Shown piece after piece: positions 50,017-60,700 of a DNA stretch of 64,000 bases. The stretch covers positions 4,416 through 68,415 of the forward strand of contig JABIBU010000027.1 of NCBI GenBank assembly GCA_018652595.1, read 5' to 3'. The stretch's first letter is position 1. Each line of letters starts with the position of its first letter. The notes below the pieces were generated by a model. The model was not told the DNA's origin, did no database searches, and saw only the letters and a program-made list of their open reading frames with translations. The stretch is from Candidatus Magasanikiibacteriota bacterium (GTDB taxonomy: Bacteria > Patescibacteriota > Patescibacteriia > Magasanikbacterales > UBA922). Made by a program: the position numbers and the translations under genes.

Positions 50017-50859
50017 TTAGACAAAGTTCATCAAAATAATGCCTACTATTATAACAAACATACCAGCTAGCTTTTGTGGTACTCTTTCACGTTCTTTTAA
50101 GAAGAAGATACCTATAAGTACTGCAAAAACAAGCGACACCTGCGTAACTGGTATAACCTTCGATACATCTCCTATTTTCAACGCTGTATACAGGAATACT
50201 TCAAAAATTCCAAATAATACTCCAGATAATATTATTCCCTTAGAATTTAATTTCATTTCTTGATTAATTTTTTTAACATTAAAACCTAAAAAGGGAAAAG
50301 CTAGTAGTCCTACTGCCATCAAAACAAAAGATGCTAAAGCTATCTCAGAAAAATCATTTACCGTAATTTTTACAAACATAAAAGAAATTACAATAGAAAT
50401 AGTTGCTAATATAGCCAATATTACACCACTAGACCATGAAAATCTACGCTTTGTGTACACGGCTATAGCCACACCTACTATAATAATAACAATTGCAAGT
50501 ATTTTCAAAAAAGTAAGTGTTTCTGCAAAAAAGAAAAAACCACCAAATAAAATTAGAATATGTCTAATTTGAATTACTATTTGATAGAGTGATATATCAA
50601 TCTTTTTCAAAGCCAAAAAAGTCAGCCAATCGCATAAAAAAACAAAGATAACTATAAATCCAAAAAACAGCCAGGTAATCCCCTTTTCAGGCAAATCAAA
50701 ACCAAACAGAAGCATCGGTAACAAAACCAAACCAGCAACAAATTCATGGATAGCTGTGTAAGCCAGTGGATTTGATTCTCCTTTTAAAACAGTTCTCGCC
50801 ACCACTCTCGCCAAAGCAAAAAATAGACCTGCCAAGACTGATAAAATTATCCAACTCAT
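50017..50859 (-). CDS. EamA/DMT family transporter (about 10 TMs)
   Basis: Two EamA repeats, GIFFLKE. Confidence 0.85.
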   Translation of the reverse strand: MSWIILSVLAGLFFALARVVARTVLKGESNPLAYTAIHEFVAGLVLLPMLLFGFDLPEKGITWLFFGFIVIFVFLCDWLTFLALKKIDISLYQIVIQIRHILILFGGFFFFAETLTFLKILAIVIIIVGVAIAVYTKRRFSWSSGVILAILATISIVISFMFVKITVNDFSEIALASFVLMAVGLLAFPFLGFNVKKINQEMKLNSKGIILSGVLFGIFEVFLYTALKIGDVSKVIPVTQVSLVFAVLIGIFFLKERERVPQKLAGMFVIIVGIILMNFV

Positions 50860-50945
50860 AAGTTTATTATATTATATATATTAGTATACTACTTTTGCTT
50901 AAAAAATTCTAACTCTCGTCCACATCCTAAATATAAAAAAATGGG

Positions 50946-50974
50946 TTGACATTCTTTTTTATTTCTGTTATAAT
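50946..50974 (+). promoter_or_regulatory. Consensus sigma70 promoter of tRNA-Asn
   Basis: TTGACA (50946-51), 17 nt, TATAAT (50969-74), with TG extension. Confidence 0.9.
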
Positions 50975-50999
50975 GTTCTCGTTGTTTACAACTAAACAT

Positions 51000-51385
51000 T
51001 CGACGGTAGCTCAGTGGTAGAGCAACTGGCTGTGACTTTAATAGCAGCCCTTGGTAGTAATACTGAGGTGAAAAACAAGGTGAACTGCAGGAACCCTTAA
51101 TCTGTTGCAAAACAGAAAAGGCGATCTGCAGCCAAGTCTTGACCCCTAATCCATATCCGGATTAATATTACGGACTTACTAAGACTGTAGTAGGGAGTCA
51201 AGAAAGGTTCAGAGACTATCCTTAACGGGAGTAGGATTCGATTTAATCGGATTCGAAGCGCCTTGCACCCCAACGCTCTTGATTTAGTCAAGTTTTTGGC
51301 GAGGGTGATAATATAGTCCACTCTTTTAGGAAACTAGAAGGCAAGTGTAACCAGTGGGTCGCCGGTTCGAGCCCGGCCCGTCGAG
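51000..51385 (+). tRNA. tRNA-Asn(GUU), intron-containing; exons 51000-51033 and 51348-51385; CCA not encoded
   Basis: Spliced sequence: acceptor TCGACGG/CCGTCGA plus discriminator G, D-arm GCTCAGTGGTAGAGC, anticodon arm ACTGG-CTGT^TAA-CCAGT, T-arm GCCGG-TTCGAGC-CCGGC. Confidence 0.93.
51034..51347 (+). ncRNA. Group I self-splicing intron (314 nt, no homing endonuclease ORF)
   Basis: P1 GGCTGT(exon)/GCAGCC with U.G at the splice site; P AACTGCAGGAA; Q GATCTGCAGC; R TTCAGAGACTA; S GATAATATAGTCC; P3 CAAGGTG/CGCCTTG; P9 with GAAA loop; terminal G at 51347. Confidence 0.92.
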
Positions 51386-51390
51386 CAAAA

Positions 51391-51422
51391 CAAAAAAATA
51401 GTGTAATTACACTATTTTTTTG
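51391..51422. terminator. Palindromic bidirectional terminator
   Basis: CAAAAAAATAGTGTAATTACACTATTTTTTTG is a perfect inverted repeat. Confidence 0.8.
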
Positions 51423-51440
51423 TTTATATCAATCTTTCTC

Positions 51441-52637
51441 TTACAATAATAAATCCTTCGGATCCACATACCCTTTATATCCATTACCATAATCAAAGCC
51501 AGCTGGACGATAGCCTAAATGGAGGTGAGAACCTGTGCTATCACCTGAATTGTCTGAGATACCTAATAAATCCCCTGCTTTTAATTTTTGATCTAACTTG
51601 ACACTTACTTTATCAAAATGACCGTAAACTGTTTGAGCTCCGCTAGTGTGTTCAAGTTTTACATATTTACCATAACCACCTGTATCTTTATTTCTACACT
51701 CAATTACTTTTCCATCTAAAACCGCGTAGACTTCCCTCTTTCCATCAGGACTGTCGTCAAATTTAGTGCGAAAATCAATTCCATTATGGCCTTTCATATC
51801 ATATTTTGCATAATGCTCCGGCCAGACACCAAATTCTTGAGTAATAAAAATTTTATCTAATGGATTACAAGCAAATTTATTTTTGTCTGTTTTTTTATCT
51901 ATATTAACAACTAGACCATCTTCCGTTGCTGTTGTATTTGGGAATATTTTCTTAGCCACTTTTTCAGCTTCATTGCGTTTTTTCAAATCCAAATAACTGT
52001 GAGCGGCAAAATGGGTAAGGTATAATTGTTTTACATTAGATTTTTTTGCAATCTCAGCCACATCATCTGGACTTGTATGACCCCAACTATCTTTTTCTCC
52101 TGGCAAAAGCGCGCACTCGTGAATCAATACGTCAGCATCTTGAGCTAGTTTATAATCATTTTCACATGGCCCCGTGTCACAGCAATAAGCTATTACCTTT
52201 CCATCTAATTCTATTCTATATCCGAGCGTATAATCTGCATGGTCTAATTTTAAACAAACAAATCTAAAAGGATTTTTGTAATGCCCAGGACGGAGCTTGA
52301 TAAAATCAGTTTTAAAAGTTAATTCACGAGATGAAGCTGTAAAAGGATGGTTTAAAAACTTTTTTAAATATTTTTTAGTTTTTTTACTGCCAAGAATTGT
52401 TAATTTTTGTTTAAATTTAAATTTTGGCAGACAATGCAAACCACAAACATGATCTATATGTAAATGACTGATGAATAAATAAATTGGTTTGTCTTCTGTG
52501 ATATATTTATCTAATTTACTAAAACCAAAACCAGCGTCAAAAATAATATAAAAATCTTTGGTTTCAAGCAAAGTACAAATAGTATTACCAGTATCAGTAT
52601 CATACCAGCCATTTGTTCCGAGGAAGGTTAGTTTCAT
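51441..52637 (-). CDS. RNase Z-like metallo-beta-lactamase fused to a C-terminal M23 peptidase
   Basis: MKLTFLGT, DAG, SHLHIDH, DT.PC, LIHEC, GHTS, LTHF; then HNGIDF, GGYGKYV, YGH, GDSTGSHLHLG. Confidence 0.85.
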   Translation of the reverse strand: MKLTFLGTNGWYDTDTGNTICTLLETKDFYIIFDAGFGFSKLDKYITEDKPIYLFISHLHIDHVCGLHCLPKFKFKQKLTILGSKKTKKYLKKFLNHPFTASSRELTFKTDFIKLRPGHYKNPFRFVCLKLDHADYTLGYRIELDGKVIAYCCDTGPCENDYKLAQDADVLIHECALLPGEKDSWGHTSPDDVAEIAKKSNVKQLYLTHFAAHSYLDLKKRNEAEKVAKKIFPNTTATEDGLVVNIDKKTDKNKFACNPLDKIFITQEFGVWPEHYAKYDMKGHNGIDFRTKFDDSPDGKREVYAVLDGKVIECRNKDTGGYGKYVKLEHTSGAQTVYGHFDKVSVKLDQKLKAGDLLGISDNSGDSTGSHLHLGYRPAGFDYGNGYKGYVDPKDLLL

Positions 52638-52804
52638 AGCATTGATTTCACTGATTAATTAATGATTACACAGATTATGATAACATTTTTTGAAGTAAAA
52701 AACAAAAACAACCCTTGGATAAGAGTCGCTTTTGAGTTTGTGCAAGTCTACCAGTCCTGCACACCCCCTCATATCGTATCCTCAGAATCAATCAGAGTAG
52801 AACT

Positions 52805-54562
52805 CTATTGAAAGATTCTTAGAATATATTCTTGAATGAACATGCTGTTCGAGGCCAAGTAATTGGCAAGTCCCCAAACAGCCCAAGGAACAAGTAACCA
52901 CTTCCACAAGTTCTGCTTTTTGGTGGAGATGAAACCACCAAGCAGTACGAGAAGTGGGTCTGCGATTAGACGGTTGGACCAGTGCTCAAATCCGCGTTTC
53001 CAGTCGGAAATTGCGATTCCGAACACCCCAGACTCCATCAAAAATTCGGCCAACTCCCAACTATAAGCGATCGCGAAGATCACAAGTAGGAGTTTCTTGA
53101 TATTGGAGTTTGGGAATACCTTCCTAAGGAGCGGATACATCACCACACCCAAAAGAAAGTGTTCTATTGACCACAGATCGAGCATGGCAACCTCTCTCGC
53201 TCCATACTTCTGTGGCACCACCATACAGATCAACGCCAGCCCCATGACTGTGTCGATGAGCAGGATGATCTTCTTTGGGTTGCTCGTCGGATCCCACTTG
53301 ACGAACTTGTAAACAAGCAAGGCAAGCACTACTAGCACTTCGTCTGCCTTGCGTGTGAGGTAGAGGAAGAATCCTGAAACACTGGCAGTAACCAGTGAGA
53401 TTCGCTTCGCATTTTCTACACCAAGCGCCACAGCCAACGTGTGCTTGTATCCCCTGTCGACCTTGACATCGTCGATGTCCTTGACGATCTCTCTCCACAG
53501 AACTATAAGGAAGAATACTCTGTACCAGATCCAAACACGATGATCACTGGTCCTAAGGTAGACTGAGCCACAGAGCACTGGGCTGGCGCCACAGACTGCG
53601 ACGATCAGGTTGTTGAGCACGATGATATTTTCCAGGTAGGAGTATATCAAGCCCGTGAGTAGGACGGCCAGACACAAGACTCCCAAGTAGAGGTCGTAAA
53701 ACATCAACGCACCTATCAGCACAAGAGTCACTACGGTCAGCTTGACCCAGTAACCCCAAAATGCTTTTGGGTAGTCGAATGCCAGACGTTTTCCCTTCTG
53801 GAGATCATGGCTTCTATCGTACCAGTCATTGAAGGTCATAATGCTCATGTGAAGCAAAGAGCAGGACAAGGCAGCCAGTAAGGCAATACCCCAATCTACC
53901 TGAATCTCTTCGTACATCACAAAACCGCCGAGTGTAAACAGGAAAGTGAAGAGAGTACCTCTAATCCTTCCTGTCTTGACCAACTCCACGAGTGGTGGAG
54001 CAGATGTCTCGAGGGCATCCTTGTAGCCCAGTAACGTATCTTCCACTACTGCGGCTATGTAGATTGACCAGCCGGCAATGGTTAAGAAAAGTACTTGCCC
54101 ATTCATATCACCTTTCAAGATATGGAACAGACAGATTGCCGTGGTGGCAACCCCAAACCCAAAGTAAGGCAGATGGACTATACCACCCAAGCTGATCTTG
54201 CCAGTCTTTGGAAATCCCCAGTTTGGCTTGTAGCTGGGACCAGTCCCAACCCTATACCAAAACCAGGCACCCAAACAGATCGACAGCGCGAACACTACCC
54301 ACCCGAGTGTGCTGACGTGGCCGTTCTGGACCAGGTGACCAAAACCGCAAAACACTAAGCCCATGCCAATGACATCTCCCCATGTCTGGCAATTGGCGTC
54401 CTGCCAATGGTTGAATTTCTGACTCGTGCCAGAAATAGGGCTCCGTCTCGCTGGAATTCTCCCCTGACTCAATTCCCACTGCTGAGTGAAAAATTGAGAC
54501 AAACAGATCAATCCATTAAGAAGGAGAACGATAAGAATGGTGCTGTAGTCTACTGCCATCAC
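52805..54562 (-). CDS. GC-rich multi-domain membrane protein with central UbiA-family prenyltransferase (DGGGP-synthase-like)
   Basis: FNDWYDRSHD and REIVKDIDDVKVD Asp-rich motifs, YS; SD AAGGAGG; promoter TTGTAA-17-TATTAT (54632-54604). Confidence 0.75.
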   Translation of the reverse strand: MMAVDYSTILIVLLLNGLICLSQFFTQQWELSQGRIPARRSPISGTSQKFNHWQDANCQTWGDVIGMGLVFCGFGHLVQNGHVSTLGWVVFALSICLGAWFWYRVGTGPSYKPNWGFPKTGKISLGGIVHLPYFGFGVATTAICLFHILKGDMNGQVLFLTIAGWSIYIAAVVEDTLLGYKDALETSAPPLVELVKTGRIRGTLFTFLFTLGGFVMYEEIQVDWGIALLAALSCSLLHMSIMTFNDWYDRSHDLQKGKRLAFDYPKAFWGYWVKLTVVTLVLIGALMFYDLYLGVLCLAVLLTGLIYSYLENIIVLNNLIVAVCGASPVLCGSVYLRTSDHRVWIWYRVFFLIVLWREIVKDIDDVKVDRGYKHTLAVALGVENAKRISLVTASVSGFFLYLTRKADEVLVVLALLVYKFVKWDPTSNPKKIILLIDTVMGLALICMVVPQKYGAREVAMLDLWSIEHFLLGVVMYPLLRKVFPNSNIKKLLLVIFAIAYSWELAEFLMESGVFGIAISDWKRGFEHWSNRLIADPLLVLLGGFISTKKQNLWKWLLVPWAVWGLANYLASNSMFIQEYILRIFQ

Positions 54563-54759
54563 GACCTCCTTCTATGTTGGTTGATTTTCAAGGTACATTA
54601 AAAATAATAGCATTTTTGAATGTTTTTTACAAGATTATACAAAAACAAAACCCCGATTTTATCGGGGTCTATCTATATCTAGTATTAGCAAGCTTTTTGC
54701 CTTTTTTCTTGCGGTGCTTTTTGAGTGCAACCTTTTTCTTTTTGTACATAGAATTAAAT

Positions 54760-57700
54760 TTACTGAATAACAGCTCTAGTCATCGGACCAAAGTAGCCAT
54801 AGGCTGGAAGCCCGACTGATTGTTGGAATTTTATTAATGCACTTTGTGTAAGTGAACCAAAGTATATAGATTCATTTCCAGGAGAACCAACACCAGTAGT
54901 GTCTACTAAAAATCCATTATTATTCAAATATTTTTGTAATTCTCTTACATCATCCCCTACCATGCCAAATTCTAAATTTTGACTAAATCCAAAATTGTTA
55001 CTTGGTTTAATAATATTTTTTCCATCTTCAAATTTAATTTCAGTATCAATAATAAATAGATCAGACCATTTATAACCAAAGTGATTAAAAGCTTGTTCAT
55101 CTACTATCCAGCATTTTTTACTATTTTCTACTTTGTAAACTTTTGGTGAATTACCATATTTAATTAATTTACCCTCATAATCATTTTGTTCAAGTTCACT
55201 AACTTCTTCCAGATCTTCCAAAATAGATTGGACTGTTAACTCGGCTCTATTTTTTACCACATCTTCAAATTTAATTTTAATATCTTTTATATTATCATTA
55301 TCAAGATCTACCTCCATTATTTCTTCTAATTTTAAAATGATTATTTGAGGTTCTGAACTCACTCTAATAGTCACAATATTATCAAACAAATCAAACTCTA
55401 TTATCTCTACTGTGTGTTGCTGGGCTGTATAACTACCATGATTAGAAACTGTGGTCTGAAAATTTGTCGGGGTATTTATATAAGTAGCAATATTGGTACC
55501 CGCTTGACTAATAGTTCCAGCATCACCAGTGGACCCCATAGGAACAACAGTGTCAGCTGTACCAATTCCAACTGTTGGGACTGGTACTGGTGTAGCAACA
55601 CCACTACTATTTGCCACACAAGCTCCATTTGTTAAAGTATAACCACTACTACAAGTTGCAACACCACAAGTTGGGTATGCATTATATGTTGAGGCATTAG
55701 AAATTGTTGGACAAGTTGGTGTATCAGCACTAGTAAAACTCCAAGTTGTTGAAGCAGAAATTCCTGCATAGCTATTACCTACAGTATCATCAAATAGAGT
55801 TGACGCTATTGTTATATAATATTCTGTTTCATAATCAAAATCAGAAGTAGGATTAATGGTAGCAATAGCACCACTTATACTTAATTGTGTAGAAGTTGCT
55901 ACAATAGTTTCAACAACAGTATCATCGCTTATTTTATAGATGATAAAATTACCTGTACTTGTGACGATATCTTCATTAAAAGTAATTTCTAAATTTTGAC
56001 TAATTGAAACACTAGTTGCACCATCTAGTGGTGACAAAGTAGCCGTAGGAGCTGTTGTGTCAATCACTAATGCCTTATTGGTAGCTAAATCAGTGCTTGC
56101 CGTAAGCGTTGTTGTACTATTTCCTGAACCATCTGTAATAGTACCAGAGAGAGTTGCATTTAAATCTAATGAATTATCACCTGCTTGAACTGTATAATTA
56201 CAAGTCCCTGTGGTTGAATTAATAACTGAAAAAGTACAAGTTTGATCAGTATCACCTGTTTCAAGAGTGACAGTTATGTTTCCAGTACTTGTGACAACTT
56301 CAGAAAAAACAATATCAATATCTATTACCTCACCTGCTTTGTAGGTATTATTAGCTTTGTCAGAAGAAATAGAAGTAACGCTCGGTGAATCTACATCAGC
56401 ACTAGTAAAACTCCAGGTGGTAGAGGCTGTAATTCCAGCATAACTGTTACCACTAGTATCATCCACTGCAGTTGTCGCAATAGTAATATAATATTCTATT
56501 TCACTATCTAAAGTTGTAGAAGGGTTGATTACTAGAGCGGTTGAACCAGAAGTTGTAACTTTAGTTCCTGTAACATCTATTGTCTCAACCACGCTGTCAT
56601 CACTGGTTTTGTAAACCACAATATTACCAGTTGAAGTAACGATATCTTCATTGAAAGTAATTGTAAAAGTGGAATCTACACCAACACCTGTTGCATTATC
56701 AACTGGAGATAAAGATGAAAGTATTGGATCTGTAACATCTGCTAAACTTTCATATTCAAAAGCTCCTATGTCTCTCGCCGCTCCTGCCAATGTACCACCT
56801 CTTTGATCAATTGTCGGAATACTAATACTATTATTAGCAGTAGAAGTCGCATTATTAATTGCAATACTATCAGCAAGAAGAGCATAAGTACGTGTGTCAT
56901 TCAAACTAGAATTTAAAGCAGCGGAACTATCTAAACTTAAAGTGCCAGTAGTACTAATACCATACAACTCATAAACATCATTTTCATCTTGGTCTGTCCA
57001 ATCACCTGTAGTAGAAGTAAAATTACTATTAGCATGACCTATTATATTATATCCATTATTATGAAAAGTCCCAGCTACACTTATATCTTTGTATACATCT
57101 GCTGAATTGCCCGCTACGATAGAATTAGAAAGATAAAGTGTGGCCGAACCACTCATTCCAATACCTCCACCATAATCATCGATTGAATTATCAGTAATAG
57201 TACAGTTGGTAATATGGGCTGTACCAGAACCAATATAGACACCTCCACCACCATCTGATCCACCAGCTGTATTTTGATTGCCATAAATTGTAGAGTTAGT
57301 CAAAATCAAATTTCCAGTTGAAGAAGAAAAATATATACCAGCCCCATAACCATTGTAAACATAATCTACATTGTTATAAATAGCTGAATTCGTAATTGTT
57401 AGATTACCAAGCATATTCATACCAAAACCATAACCACCATAAATTTTACAGCTGTGTACTTCTGAATTATTAATAGTTACATCTGAACCAGCAGAACCAT
57501 ACAAACAACCACCATTCCAACCAGTACTATTTGGATCACCATACCGAACAGTACTACTATTTATAACAAGACTATACCCATCATAGACAGTAAAAATACG
57601 CTTATTACTCGATTCAATAGTTGAATTAGGTTGAAAAATCGTTGAAGATGCTCCGTGACCAATAATGGTTATGTCTTTATAAATTCTATAACCATAACCT

Positions 57701-60700
57701 GAAACATCACCACTTTCACCAGTACCATTATCCCAATCAAAAGTACCAGTCATATCAAAAACATCACCATCTACGTACTCAGTATAAGCCTTATGAAAAC
57801 TTTGATAAGGACTTCCGGAAGAACCAACGCCAGTAGAATCATCACCAGTAGAAGAATTAACATAAATTGTTATTGGTGTATAACTAGCTTGAGTGTTGGG
57901 ATTATTGGTGCTAGTGCTGGTTAGATATACAGTACCGTCAGATACACCTTCACCATTATATTCAAAAATTTGTATAATATAATCTGTGCTAGCAGTAAGA
58001 CCAGTAACATCTACAGTTGTATCCGTACCATCATATATAGTATACCAACCTGTTGAACCAATTTGCTGACCTGAGGCAAAAACAGAACTAGCTGTATACA
58101 TAGTTCCATCTACTGGACTAGCCGTACCAGAGCTTGCCTGTTTCATAAAAGCCACACGGCGAGAACCATTTCCATTTGTCCAATCAATTGTCATACTCGT
58201 CCGAATAATTGAAGAAAATGAAACTTCAGAAGCTTGAGTTGTTGGAGCACTTATTGCTGCTAAACCTGTACCATCAAATTCAAAAGCACCAATGTCAGTT
58301 AAACCGCTTCTGCCAGCACGACGCTGGTCAAGGGATGGAATACTAATACTATTATTTGCAGTTGTGGTGGCATTATTAATAGCAACACTGTCAGAATATA
58401 GTGAGATAGAGTGAGTTTGGTTTAAACTACCATGCAAGGCACCTTCTGCACTCATGTTTAATGTACCAGTAGTAGAGGAACCATAAAAAGTAAATATATC
58501 GTCATTATCAGAATCATACCAATCCCCTGTTGTAGAAGTAAATCCGAAAGCAATTCCACCAATAACATTGTACCCATTATTAACAAGGGTGCCGGATCCA
58601 CCAACAAATAGATCATTGTAATCATCTGCTGAATTACCAGCTATAATAGTATTGGAAAGATAAAGTGTGCCAGCACTAATATAAACACCTCCACCATATT
58701 CATCTATCAAATTATTTGTAATAGTACTGTTGGTTATAGTAGCGGTACCATTGTGAATACATACACCTCCCCCACCATCTGCCCCACCAGATGTATTTTG
58801 ATTATTATAAATACTTGAATTTGTAATGATCAAATTTCCAGTTGAAGAAGAAAAATATATACCAGCCCCATAACCATTATAAATAGAATCAATATTATCA
58901 AAGAGAGCTGAATTTGTAAGAGTTAAATTACCAAGAGCATAGATACCAAAACCATAACCGCCATAAACTCTACAGCCATATATATCTGAATTATTAAGAG
59001 TTACATTTGAACCAGATTCGGAATTTATACAACCACCACTCCAACCAGTACTGTCAGTTTCTCCATAACGAATAGTACTACTATTTACTGTAAAAGAATA
59101 CCCATCATAAATAGTGAAAACACGCTTATTACTTGAGTCAATTACTGAATCGGATTGAAAAATGGTCGAAGAAGCACCATGGCCGTTAATAGTTATATTT
59201 TTTTGTATTCTATAACCATAACTTGTAACATCACCGGTTTCGCCAGCACCATTATCCCAATCAAAAGTACCACTAGCGTCAATTGAATCGCCACTAATCG
59301 CTTCTGAGTATGCCTTATAAAATGTTTTATATGGACTACCAGAAGTACCATCACCGGTAGAATCATTACCAGTGTCTGAATTAGTATAAATAGTAGCGGC
59401 TGTATGACTAGCTTGTGCTTTTGGATTATCGGTAGAGGTAGACGTCAAATAAACAATTCCACTTTCTGTTCCAACACCATGGTATTCAAAAACTTGAATA
59501 ATATAATCAGTACTTGAACTCAACCCAGTAATATCCACAGTTGTACCCGTACCATCATAAATGGCATACCAACCAGTAGCATCAATTTGATCACCACTAC
59601 CAAAAACAGAACTGGCGGAATACATAGTTCCATCAGCCGGCGTACTAGTGCCAGTACTAGCCTCTTTCATGAAAGCCACACGGCGAGAACCATTTCCATT
59701 TGTCCAACTAGCAGTGTAGGTGTAAAGTTCAACAGAACTATATGTGATATCATACGCTTGAGTTGTTGGAGCACTCGGAGAAGATAAGCCAGAACCATTA
59801 TATTCAAAAGCACCAATGTCTGTTGCTCCGCTTCTGCCAGCACCACGTTGATCTAAGGCAGGAATACTTACTCCATTATTAGCAGTTGTAGTAGCGTTAT
59901 TAATGGCAATACTGTTTGTATAAATAGCAACTGTATGAGTTTGGTTTAAAGATTCATTTAAATTTCCACCGCCAGAATTTAAATTAAGAGTACCCGTAGT
60001 ACTTGATCCATTTAAAATATAGACATCATCATTGTCACTATCATACCAATCACCTGTAGTAGATACAAAACCATTTGAAGCACCTATTACATTGTATCCA
60101 TTGTTGTTTAGTGTGGCAGATGCGCCTTTGAATATATTATAATTACTTCCAGATGAATATCTAATAGTATTGCCAGCAACAATTGTATTGGAAAGATTTA
60201 AAACAGCCGTAGCACTATTAAAAAAAATACCACCATTATAATAGCTTTCATTGCCTGTAATAGTACTATTGGTAATAGTTGCAGTACCACTAGAAAGATA
60301 CAGACCTCCACCATAACTACTGCCACCAGTATTTTCATTACCATAAATAGATGAATTGGTAATAACTAAATTACCAGTAGATGTAGAGAAAAATATTCCC
60401 ATACCAAGACCATTGTAGGCATAATCAACATTGTTATAAATAGATGAATTGGTAATTGTAAGATCCCCCAAACTATAAATGGCCAGACCATAACCTGCAT
60501 AAAATTTACATCCAGTTACTTCGGAATTATTCAAAGTAACGCTTGATCCAGAATAAGAATAGAGACACCCTCCACTATTATTAGGCTCGCCATAACGAAT
60601 AGTACTACTAGAAATACTTAGAGAGTAACCATCATAAGTGGTAAACACGCGCCTGTCAGATGAATCAACTGTCGAAGCAGATTGAAAAATAGTCGAAGAA

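Noticed and set aside
51097-51321. 74-aa minus-strand ORF inside the intron as a homing endonuclease
   Set aside because: Antisense to the ribozyme core, too short, and has no LAGLIDADG, GIY-YIG or HNH motif
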